From Oikopleura dioica (lineage: Eukaryota; Animalia; Chordata), in assembly GCA_907165135.1 (NCBI GenBank), contig OU015570.1, positions 1,488,001-1,552,000 of the forward strand: a stretch of 64,000 nt of DNA. Reading direction: 5' to 3'. Position 1 is the first letter of the stretch. The number at the start of each line of letters is the position of its first letter. Position numbers and translations under genes: made by a program. Under the pieces are notes generated by a model, which did no database searches, was not told the origin of the DNA, and worked only from the letters and a program-made list of their open reading frames with translations. Shown piece after piece: positions 11,477-20,473 of this stretch.

Positions 11477-12778
11477 TCAGTCTTCTAGAACATCGTACAA
11501 CTGCTCGTTTTCATGATTGATAATCCGTTGGGTCCACAGTTGCAGCGAAATTCGTCTTGACGACAGATATGAAGGGACTAGAAAGAAGTTTTGTATCATC
11601 GGGACCGTCCTGCCATCCAATAATTTCACACTCGAAAGATTGACCGGTCCCAATTTGCCGATTTCTATAGTTCCTAAGTTCCCAATGCTGCGTATAGTTT
11701 GTTCGTTCCGGAACAGTGTCTTTATAAGGCATCGTTTTTGGATTGCCAGTCGTTGTTTCAGAATCACGATACAGCTTTCCGATTCATACACTACTGTGTA
11801 CTCTTGAGGAAGTGACTCCATTAGAGTCTCACAGTGCTCTAAGGCCAAGAGTGGCGCTATTAACGAGGTGCCCGGGACTTGAATAGTCTTTCTGAAATCC
11901 TGAATCTTCCTTAATGCATCCTGCTCCCGTGACGTTCTCAAATTTTGCCGCTCATAGCGTCGTCTGTTGTTCCAATGATCATTGGTTGCATCCCATTCCA
12001 TTCCTTCTGCGTTCCATTCGTTCCGTTCCTGACCATAATTATTTTTATGACCTTCGCGTTCTGAGTAATCTTCTTCTCTTTTGCGAGAATTCTTCCGTCT
12101 ACGTTCTTCTTCTTCTTCTCGTTTCCTTTTACGAGCCTCCTCTTCCATTCTTTTACGATCTTCTTCTTCTTTCCTTTTCCGTTCGTCTTCTTCCTTTCTT
12201 TTACGATCTTCTTCTTCTTTCCTTTTCCGTTCGTCTTCTTCCTTTCTTTTACGATCTTCTTCTTCTTTTCTTTTACGATCTTCTTCTTCGGCCCTTGCTT
12301 GTGCTTGTTCTCGTTCCTCTCGTTCCCGCTTTTCTTTTTGAAGTCTATCTTGCTCTTCCTTCCGGCGCCTTTCCTCCTCCGCTTGCTTTTCCGCTCTTTC
12401 ACGTTCTTTTTGTTCCTTCATTCTCCTTCTTTCTTGTAGTCTTTTCCGTTCCTCTTCTAGATCACGCTCAATTCCCGCAATGATTTCGAAATTGTCCGTG
12501 ACCAGCCCTTTAACGCAAAGCAACCGGGTCCGTAGTTCTCTTTGTTCCTCACTTACTACCATGATCTTATCAGGATGGAGATATAACATTGTTCGCTTCA
12601 CAAATTTGTTAACAGCCTGTGGCTGTATCATCGGCACTGCTAAGTTGAATCTCTCCGCAACTCCTTCTAAGAATCTTGCAATTGAGAAGCCAGGTCTAGA
12701 AATCCATCTAGCCAGGTCTGGGTGGGTCGATAAAATTCTGTCTTGATAAACAAGAGTGTTTACGGCATCTTCGTACAT
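11477..12778 (-). CDS. Fourth ORF of the LTR element: J-domain-like segment + E/R/K single-alpha-helix repeat + unknown C-terminal domain (433 aa)
   Basis: QAVNKFVKRTMLYLHPDKI resembles J-domain helix II-HPD; about 130 aa of EEEDRKRK/EEDERKRK-type repeats; uninterrupted ORF between env and the 3' LTR. Confidence 0.75.
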   Translation of the reverse strand: MYEDAVNTLVYQDRILSTHPDLARWISRPGFSIARFLEGVAERFNLAVPMIQPQAVNKFVKRTMLYLHPDKIMVVSEEQRELRTRLLCVKGLVTDNFEIIAGIERDLEEERKRLQERRRMKEQKERERAEKQAEEERRRKEEQDRLQKEKREREEREQAQARAEEEDRKRKEEEDRKRKEEDERKRKEEEDRKRKEEDERKRKEEEDRKRMEEEARKRKREEEEERRRKNSRKREEDYSEREGHKNNYGQERNEWNAEGMEWDATNDHWNNRRRYERQNLRTSREQDALRKIQDFRKTIQVPGTSLIAPLLALEHCETLMESLPQEYTVVYESESCIVILKQRLAIQKRCLIKTLFRNEQTIRSIGNLGTIEIGKLGPVNLSSVKLLDGRTVPMIQNFFLVPSYLSSRRISLQLWTQRIINHENEQLYDVLED

Positions 12779-13869
12779 CTTGGCTTTTTCTTTTTGTTTT
12801 CGGGACAGAGGTCCCTTTTTTGTTTATCTCTTACTTTTCCTTGTTGAGAGCAACTGATGTGACATCGTGATTTTTTTTTTCGAAGTGGCACATTTTACGA
12901 GGGGTGAGGCCCTTATTTGGCCTATCTTTTGATTTTGATGAGTTCTCACATAAATAATTGGCAGTGTCACAGCTGGTTGTAAATTAAAGAATGCTTTCAT
13001 GTAAAAGTCAAGGGAAATTATTTTAACATAAAAGAAGATAATTAAGTTTTACGACGGAAAGAAAATGATCTTTGATGTCGGCAAGTGGCAGTGAAAATAA
13101 TAAATTTACAATTGGCAGTGAAAATTGGAATGTACAATTGGCAGTGAAAAATATTTTGCTTTGAACTGTTTTCATGTTATAATTGAACTTTGAAGAAATT
13201 GAAGAAATTCAGCTTTGCAGTGGATTCAATAAAATCCTTCTGCACCAGCTGATGATTATGATAATGATTTTAAGAGTTAAGTTAGATTACTATATACAGT
13301 ATATACAGGTATTAAAACGATGATAATCTTTACAAGTAGGTTAAAGCAGAGTTTACAGTATGTACAGGTTTTTTTCATTTTTTCATTTCTCGTATCTTTT
13401 TATTTAATATTTATATTTTGCATTTTTTTTTTCTTTTCTTTTTCTTTTTCTTTGGCAAGCAGCATAGATAATAATAATGATAAGCACATAATTGTATATA
13501 TTTATTAAATTTTTTTATTTTTTTTAAAAAGCCTTGTTTTCATCCTGGATTTCTTGTGTTACTTTAAGCAGCATTTCATTAGCATTTAAAAAAATAATCA
13601 AATATCGTTACTCCGGTTATGGGTTGAACTTTGGTTTAGAAGCATTTAATAGTTTTCGCATCACTCATTTTTAGTGAAAATTAATAAACATTCTGTGATA
13701 ATTATAATTGATGAATATGAAGGTGCGTTCATTTTAAAAAGATAATTATAAGCAGTTTACATTTAAAGCAAGCTGGGGAGTTTTATTTCTGAATATTCTA
13801 CACAGACGTGTCTCTCATTTGATTGGTTCTGAAATTAGCAATTGTTGTTTGAGTTGTTTTCTTACACTT

Positions 13870-15192
13870 TTAGAACGAGTTCCATATGCATCTTAGGAAG
13901 ATGTATCCTAAGATTAAGATGGCAAATAGTAGTAAGTATTTAAAAACTATCCGAGCCGTTCCCTCATGTTTAGGCTCGATGTTCAAAATGGACGTTATAA
14001 GAGTTGAAGTTTTGTTTACTTGGTTTCGGTGATCTTGTTCCTGTTTAACTGCCAGAGAGGAAATTCTCTTCTGAAGCAGATGTAAATCTGTTTCCAAGAG
14101 TGGAACATCCTGCAAGTGTACCTCTAAGTCCTGAACTATATTAAGTTCAATATTTCTGGACTCTTGTGGGACGTCAAAAGGTACTCCTGAGCATGTTATA
14201 AATGTGCCAGGAGTAGTTAATATTGTCGGTGAATTTGGGGGAATCACATCGATCGTCTTCCCTAACATGTTTTCAACATCCGATTTGTATGAAACTGGAA
14301 GTGGAGTCATACTCCAAACACCTAGTCCCATTCCTCTAGGTAGTTTACTGACGAGACATGATTCTCCAGTATATGGAATTGTTTTGCAAAAAATGTTTAT
14401 AAAGTGTTCATTTCCTCCAAGGATGGCATTAATACATTTAAGATTCAAAGGCTCAAGATTGTCCGCAAGAGTGCAAATCGCATATTTGCGATTATCTTGA
14501 AGGTCACAGTTTGATTTGAAAATATGAGTCTTTGTGACTGATATGTGACGTGGTAAGTCATGAACCTGTTTTAGTTGCCTACTCTGGTCTAGAAAAGGAA
14601 ACGTTAAAATTGAGGTAATAGTCTCATTCGGAACAAATATCGGAATCAGGACTTTGATTCTTACATCGATTTTATCCTCACCAATAAGAACTGTGTCTAC
14701 TTGACATTTCATTGATTCCAGAATCTCGGGATTCGAGCAAGCAATGATCTTGGAGGGATTTAAATGGCTGCAGGCATGCGCTAACACTTTATAGTGCAAG
14801 CCATTGGGTAGTGAGCCACCCGAGCATCTCCTTATGGCGAGCTCAATTTTTGAAGCAAGGTCAGAATAGGTGAGACGAAGCTCTGTGAGCCTCAGATTGT
14901 TGACATTGTCAGTAGTGGCTACACATAAACTGTCTTTGAGAAGACTTATTTTAGCATCTTCACTTTTAATCGAAGTGGTCAAATCACTTGAGGTGACCAT
15001 TTGTTTCGCCAACTTGCTTATTTTCTCATCCTCCATTTCCCGGAGGTTCTTCACCTCTGTATTGATACTGGAGGGGAGAGAGCTCCCCATGCGACCAATA
15101 CTGGAAAATAGACATTGATCTTTTCCTTCTTGAATAGGCTGGAGAGCCAAAACAAAAATGTTGAGCTGTAAATAGAAGGTCGCCTTGCCCAT
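13870..15192 (-). CDS. env: Env-like protein, C-terminal (TM subunit) part
   Basis: Heptad-like region, Cys-rich ectodomain, C-terminal TM helix IVFKYLLLFAILILGYIFL; the biologically relevant part begins just after the RRKR site, in a frame +1 from the upstream ORF. Confidence 0.8.
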   Translation of the reverse strand: MGKATFYLQLNIFVLALQPIQEGKDQCLFSSIGRMGSSLPSSINTEVKNLREMEDEKISKLAKQMVTSSDLTTSIKSEDAKISLLKDSLCVATTDNVNNLRLTELRLTYSDLASKIELAIRRCSGGSLPNGLHYKVLAHACSHLNPSKIIACSNPEILESMKCQVDTVLIGEDKIDVRIKVLIPIFVPNETITSILTFPFLDQSRQLKQVHDLPRHISVTKTHIFKSNCDLQDNRKYAICTLADNLEPLNLKCINAILGGNEHFINIFCKTIPYTGESCLVSKLPRGMGLGVWSMTPLPVSYKSDVENMLGKTIDVIPPNSPTILTTPGTFITCSGVPFDVPQESRNIELNIVQDLEVHLQDVPLLETDLHLLQKRISSLAVKQEQDHRNQVNKTSTLITSILNIEPKHEGTARIVFKYLLLFAILILGYIFLRCIWNSF

Positions 15193-16258
15193 TTTCTGCC
15201 ATATATGTAAGCAAGTCTTTTATATGCTCAACTTGAAGCCCATACTTACAGGTGTATTGACTACAGCATTCATAGCCTTCAGCAGTGCAATCAACAACCT
15301 CGCCAAGCGAGTAGGAGTCAACTGGAGAGTTGTCCTTAATGCACGTACCTCGATGATACCTTGCATTTTTGTCCGGAAAATAGCCTATTGTTGGAAGTAC
15401 CCTTTCTCTATGTTTAGTCGTGGTGGGCTCCGTCCGTTTTGTGGTATTTGGACGGTTTGTCGTCGTTGTTGTTCGCCTTGTTGTATTTTGCCGCTTCGTT
15501 GTCTTTGGGCGTCTAGTTGTTGTTGTCGTTGGCTTTGATGTCCTGGGCTGTTTTCTTGATCGATTTCGCGATTTTACGGTCGTACGCTTTGTAGTGTATT
15601 TCGTGGTTGCCATTCTTGTTGTGGTCGATGGTTTTGTTGTCACTACGCGCGCCTCTGTTGTCGTTGTAGTTGCCCTTTTAGTCGTCGGACTCCATCTCAG
15701 CTTGTTATCTTCCGGCAGCTCTGTCGAGCGAATTGACGGTGCTGTCATTTCAATCACACGATAATTTTTATTATCTATAGTTGGTGGAGGAGTCCAGCTT
15801 GTTAATATTACATCATTCGGGTTGGGTGTCCATCTTAGTTTGTTGTCCGTTTCACTAGAAGGTTTTGTTGGCGTGATTGAGATCACCGTTTCTTGTGTTG
15901 TTCTCCTTTTCCTTGAATATCCACTTTCTTCCTTAATCTCCGCTAGGAATTGCTTTCGGAGAGCTAGGGCCTGTTTGGAGACCTCTTTAAAATTTTCATC
16001 GCTATCAATTTTAGTTTTTATGGTTTCTAGCATCTCAGCATCACAGTGAGCAAACATTGATTCCAGAATAGGAAGTTCGAACGAAAGATCTATTTTCACT
16101 GGCTGGTAGTTTTCTATTAGTAAGGTAGTATTTTGGGGTTCTTGAACAAGGGCTAAACCTAAAGGTGCGATTATCTTTGTCTTAATGTTTGTTGGGGAGT
16201 ACAATTGGTTTCTCGTTGTATTCACGATCGTTGGTGTAACGACTTCTGGCTCTTCCAT
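15026..16258 (-). CDS. env: Env-like protein, N-terminal (SU) part with mucin-like Thr-rich region
   Basis: Two furin-type sites (YSRKRR|TT and YSRRKR|SM), Thr/Pro-rich stalk, Cys cluster; lies directly downstream of pol. Confidence 0.75.
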   Translation of the reverse strand: MEEPEVVTPTIVNTTRNQLYSPTNIKTKIIAPLGLALVQEPQNTTLLIENYQPVKIDLSFELPILESMFAHCDAEMLETIKTKIDSDENFKEVSKQALALRKQFLAEIKEESGYSRKRRTTQETVISITPTKPSSETDNKLRWTPNPNDVILTSWTPPPTIDNKNYRVIEMTAPSIRSTELPEDNKLRWSPTTKRATTTTTEARVVTTKPSTTTRMATTKYTTKRTTVKSRNRSRKQPRTSKPTTTTTRRPKTTKRQNTTRRTTTTTNRPNTTKRTEPTTTKHRERVLPTIGYFPDKNARYHRGTCIKDNSPVDSYSLGEVVDCTAEGYECCSQYTCKYGLQVEHIKDLLTYMAENGQGDLLFTAQHFCFGSPAYSRRKRSMSIFQYWSHGELSPLQYQYRGEEPPGNGG

Positions 16259-16569
16259 TTGTGTTTGGAGGGGTTTCTCTTGAGCGGTTATGACTAGAAG
16301 TAATTTGAAAAAGAAACATTTTAGTTTGTTTGAAGAGATCTTTATGTGATAAGTTTTAATGATGGGCGTGGTACCGGTAACAGGCGGTATGTGTATCCTT
16401 TGACCAAGACCATAACTATCAAGGTTATTTTTACATCAAGGTCTTTGATCTCATTTTTACGACAGGTTATAATTAAAATTAATTTTATGTAATGAGTTAC
16501 TTTGAAGTGCGTTTTCCTTTTATGTTAACAAGCCGGTATCTTTTACGGTGGTATGAACTTTCGTCAAAG

Positions 16570-19500
16570 TTATTTCTTAGTCGGCTGATCAGACCGGCTT
16601 TTGCTTCTTAAATTATACCTCACCGGAGCCTTTGCTCTTTCATCGATGTCTTTGAATGTCACTCTTTTCCTTGGGGCCCCCTTTTTCTTCACTTCGGCTG
16701 TTTCGTCTTCCTTCATTTCTGTTATTTTATCACGCGACTTCTCCTCTCGCAATTCATTTTCGTCAGTTATTCTTCTTACTCTGTCGATTGCCACGGTCGA
16801 TCTTGGTGCCCGCAACCGTTTATCACCCGTGTCGTTTTCCTTCTGTATCGTGAGTGAATTTTGTTCTGGATGCAGTCTCACAATCCTATAAGTCTCACTT
16901 GACCATCGCTCCCTTGCTCGTTTTGGTATCCCAGGCTTGGGATCAGTTTTAATCCGGACTCGGTCATTTTCTTTTAGTCGAATCCGTAGAGTTTCAGCCT
17001 CCTCATTGATTGCTTCATCTAAGTCTTTTATTAGAGTCTGTCGGATCCGCGAAAGTTGGGCTGTTAGCCACTTCATGTACGCCTCTTGAGAGGAATGAAA
17101 CGCCTTCCGCGGCAGACGAATTCCGAAGTTTGGCAGTTGTCCTGTAACGATTGTAATTGGTGCGAACTTGCTCGTCCTTGCCTTCGTATGATTAACCTCA
17201 AACGCGATAAGAGCACATATCGTGTCCAGTTCTGATAGCGTCATGAGTAACGGTAGCGTGTTATTCCCTGTTAGAGTCGCAAGTCTTTCGCCGATAGTCC
17301 GATTGATCCGTTCGACTTTCCCATTGCTTCTTGAGTTTTTCGGACTTATGTATGTCAGAGCAATCCCCAAGTTGGTCATCATATCCACGAATTGTTCACT
17401 CTTGAACGTTTTTGCATTGTCACAGACCACTTCCTTCGGTAGCGACATTCTGAGCATTAATTTAGTCACTGTCTCCAATGTGTCTCCAAGTTTTTCAGAA
17501 TGAAGAGCGGCCATGTCAGTGTACCCAGAGAAATGATCTCTCACGACCATGATGTAGTAGGGTTTGCAAACAAGATTGTCCAAGTGGCAACGCTGGAAAG
17601 GTTCAGTTACCAGGTTTATCGTTTGACCAATTTTAACTGGATGACGAGCCACCGCTTTCCGACGGGTGCAGATTTCACAGGAAAGTCCAAACTCGGTGAT
17701 AGTACGCGTCATGTTCTCAAACCACAGATTGAGCAATTCCATCTTTTGCAAAATGGCCCTGTTTGTTGTATGATTATGAAATTGTGCAATCAGGCTGCAA
17801 ACTTCGTGATTTGGCACAACAATTTGATCTCCTTTGAATAAGATATTGCGTCCAATCTCCGGGTCCATCTTTGTCTTAAACCCAGGCACCTTTTCATTAT
17901 TCAAAAGCTTTCTTATCCGTTTTTGTGTTTTCTTGCAATCATGCTGTGATTTCTTGATTTTCTTTTGTAGCTCTGTTACTTTAATCTGAGCCTCCGGAAT
18001 AGTCACGTTCATTGTTGTTATTACAGTACTGGTTGATGATTCTTGTCGGTAGTCCCTCCTTGCCACATCCGTCACCTTTTCTTTATCTTCGGGGTCTACA
18101 CTAATCCAGGTATCATGGATATCTTTTACTTGTAAAATTGGCTCTTTTGACTTAGTTCCTAATCTAACTGGGGAGTTAAGATGAATCTTATTTCTTGAGA
18201 GCAAGTCAGTAAGGTGAAAATCTGCATCAGTTCCCTTAGACCACTTAACATCTATTTCAAACATATTTAAGTAGATGATTGATCTAGCAATTGGGTTTGA
18301 AGTTGTTATTTCCAGGTTCCTTGCTCCTCGTATAACATGAACTACGGACTGATTGTCCGTTATCAAAGTAAATCGTCTCCCTGTGAGCAGGTTAGCATTG
18401 AAGCGAACGGCTGAGAACGCTGACCACAACTCTTTCGTCGGAATTGACCAGGACCTTTGACCTTTTGTGAACTGACGACTGTCCACAGCAATAATCCTTT
18501 CTTGTCCATCAATCTGTTGAGACAGAACGCTTCCATAAGCATAAGTTGAGGCGTCCGATCGAAGGGTGAAACGCTGATTGAGATCTGGTTTTGTAAGCAA
18601 AACGCTGTTCGCTGTGCATCTGAGGAGTGCATCCCACGCTTCTTTTGCCTCTTTCGATTTCGGATTATATTTTGAACCAGGTTGCGCCCATTCAAACAGT
18701 TGTCGCGCCACTTCCGCAAATTTCATGAAAGTTGGGCGAAAATATGCAAACGTCGCGATCGCCTTGCGCATTGCGGTGGACGATTCCGGTATGGAGAGTG
18801 TCAAAAGTTTGTCAATTCTTGCCTTTGACGGCTTGTAGCCGTTTCGATCCACCGTGTAGCCAAATATTTCTAATTTTTCTTTGAGAAGAATTGTCTTCGA
18901 TGGGTTAAGGACAAGATTGGCATCACCAAGCTTGTTAAAGAACCGTCTGAGGACGTCGTTGTGCTCTTCAACTGTGTCTGCATAAATTGATATGTCATCT
19001 ACATAGCAGCAAATGTTTTTCTCGTTTTCCGCCAGCACACTCGTGATGAGTGACTGTAAGAACGAGGTGATAAGCCTACCGCCAAAAGGAATTCGACGAT
19101 ACTGGTAGGCTTGTCGCTGAGGCGACAGAAATGTATAGTGATGCCTGTCATCTGGGTGCAAAACGAATTGATGAAAGGCCGATGAAAGGTCTAATGAACT
19201 GTAATATCTGTGTCCCGAGAGCTCCTGTAGAATGCTCTGCAGTGGTGGTAAGGGAAAATTTTTATCCGCAATGGTAATATTATTTAGTGGACGGAGGTCC
19301 AAACAAGGTCGTAATTTATCATTGCCTTTTGGAACTATTACCCAAGACGCCGTGATGACATCCAAATTGGGTATCTGTTCAACTACTCGTTGATCTTCAA
19401 GTGAATTAATGTGATTTTGGAGAAAATCTTCGTATTTCTGGGCGACTGGAATGTACTTCCTTGGTTGAGGCTGCGAAGTAGTTTTGTTTATTTTATAGGG

Positions 19501-20379
19501 ATATCCTAAACGGAATCCTGGACCAATGTCTTTGTCATTTCTAGCAAATATATAATGGAATTCTTCCACAAATTCCTCAGTAATGCATCTAAGCCGGCCA
19601 TTGAGATGGTCTAGTTTTACTTTTACGTCCTTTGGATCAAGGTTTTGATATTTACGTAGGTGTGGTCTATTCTTAAATTCTTCAACGTCTTCGAGCAAGC
19701 GTTCCTCTTGTAACGTTGGTCGTATTAAGCAGAGCTTTGTCCCTGCCGGTATTTTTAGCACTTCCGTTGAGTCATTGATGATCATCGATTTCTCTCCATG
19801 AGAGATTACTGGGAGGTCCGTTCTATCTTTATATTTTCCGAGAAATGCCATTTGAACTCTGCCATTGGTTTCAATTGAAATACCGGTGTTATCCAGCTCT
19901 TGCTGCGCTTGTGGTTCTAAGCAAATCTGTGTCGAGATTTCCACAGTGTCAGCTGTGAGCAGCCTCAGGGCATGACTCTTTTCCGAAATTTTGTTATAGA
20001 GATAACACCATCTGGAACCAAATTTTAGATCAAAATTCGAAATAACTGAGTATGGAAGGATTATTTCTCTAGCAAGGTTATCTAATACCAAAAGTGTCAC
20101 TGATGATACAAGTGCGTCTTTGGTTCTACCATCAACGATTTTAATGTCTACCGTTATGATTTCTTCTTGTGATGTAAGTTTATCTGTGAACGCCGAAATG
20201 TCTATTGTTCTATTATGTCGTACGCCATACTCTGCAAAAGGGTGCCGTGAGTCAATAGCTCCAAGCATTGCACCTGTATCAAGCAAGACTTCTGAATAAA
20301 CCATGCCTCCCTGGTGGTTGCCACTGCTGTCAAGACAGTAAGCTTCCGCCATGAAGGCAGGAACATCTGTGAGGGTCAT
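16570..20379 (-). CDS. pol: Pol polyprotein (aspartic protease, RT, RNase H, integrase), 1269 aa, intact frame
   Basis: LLDTGA protease; LRPCLDLRPLN, SLDLSSAFHQ, YVDD (RT); RSDASTYAYGSVL, ITDNQS (RNase H); H..H...CEIC, CHLD, VVCDNA, NGKVERINRT (integrase). Domain order is Ty3/Gypsy. Confidence 0.97.
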   Translation of the reverse strand: MTLTDVPAFMAEAYCLDSSGNHQGGMVYSEVLLDTGAMLGAIDSRHPFAEYGVRHNRTIDISAFTDKLTSQEEIITVDIKIVDGRTKDALVSSVTLLVLDNLAREIILPYSVISNFDLKFGSRWCYLYNKISEKSHALRLLTADTVEISTQICLEPQAQQELDNTGISIETNGRVQMAFLGKYKDRTDLPVISHGEKSMIINDSTEVLKIPAGTKLCLIRPTLQEERLLEDVEEFKNRPHLRKYQNLDPKDVKVKLDHLNGRLRCITEEFVEEFHYIFARNDKDIGPGFRLGYPYKINKTTSQPQPRKYIPVAQKYEDFLQNHINSLEDQRVVEQIPNLDVITASWVIVPKGNDKLRPCLDLRPLNNITIADKNFPLPPLQSILQELSGHRYYSSLDLSSAFHQFVLHPDDRHHYTFLSPQRQAYQYRRIPFGGRLITSFLQSLITSVLAENEKNICCYVDDISIYADTVEEHNDVLRRFFNKLGDANLVLNPSKTILLKEKLEIFGYTVDRNGYKPSKARIDKLLTLSIPESSTAMRKAIATFAYFRPTFMKFAEVARQLFEWAQPGSKYNPKSKEAKEAWDALLRCTANSVLLTKPDLNQRFTLRSDASTYAYGSVLSQQIDGQERIIAVDSRQFTKGQRSWSIPTKELWSAFSAVRFNANLLTGRRFTLITDNQSVVHVIRGARNLEITTSNPIARSIIYLNMFEIDVKWSKGTDADFHLTDLLSRNKIHLNSPVRLGTKSKEPILQVKDIHDTWISVDPEDKEKVTDVARRDYRQESSTSTVITTMNVTIPEAQIKVTELQKKIKKSQHDCKKTQKRIRKLLNNEKVPGFKTKMDPEIGRNILFKGDQIVVPNHEVCSLIAQFHNHTTNRAILQKMELLNLWFENMTRTITEFGLSCEICTRRKAVARHPVKIGQTINLVTEPFQRCHLDNLVCKPYYIMVVRDHFSGYTDMAALHSEKLGDTLETVTKLMLRMSLPKEVVCDNAKTFKSEQFVDMMTNLGIALTYISPKNSRSNGKVERINRTIGERLATLTGNNTLPLLMTLSELDTICALIAFEVNHTKARTSKFAPITIVTGQLPNFGIRLPRKAFHSSQEAYMKWLTAQLSRIRQTLIKDLDEAINEEAETLRIRLKENDRVRIKTDPKPGIPKRARERWSSETYRIVRLHPEQNSLTIQKENDTGDKRLRAPRSTVAIDRVRRITDENELREEKSRDKITEMKEDETAEVKKKGAPRKRVTFKDIDERAKAPVRYNLRSKSRSDQPTKK

Positions 20380-20473
20380 TATTTTAAGGTTTTGGTTAGT
20401 TGTGTTGATTGTTAAAATTTACAAGAAAGGATGCGGGTTTTTTTTTTTTTTTATATCTTATTAATAAGCACGG

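Noticed and set aside
11914-12483. Plus-strand Leu/Phe/Ser-rich ORFs
   Set aside because: Antisense reading of the E/R/K repeat.
15185-15764. Plus-strand Val-rich ORFs
   Set aside because: Antisense of the Thr-rich env stalk.
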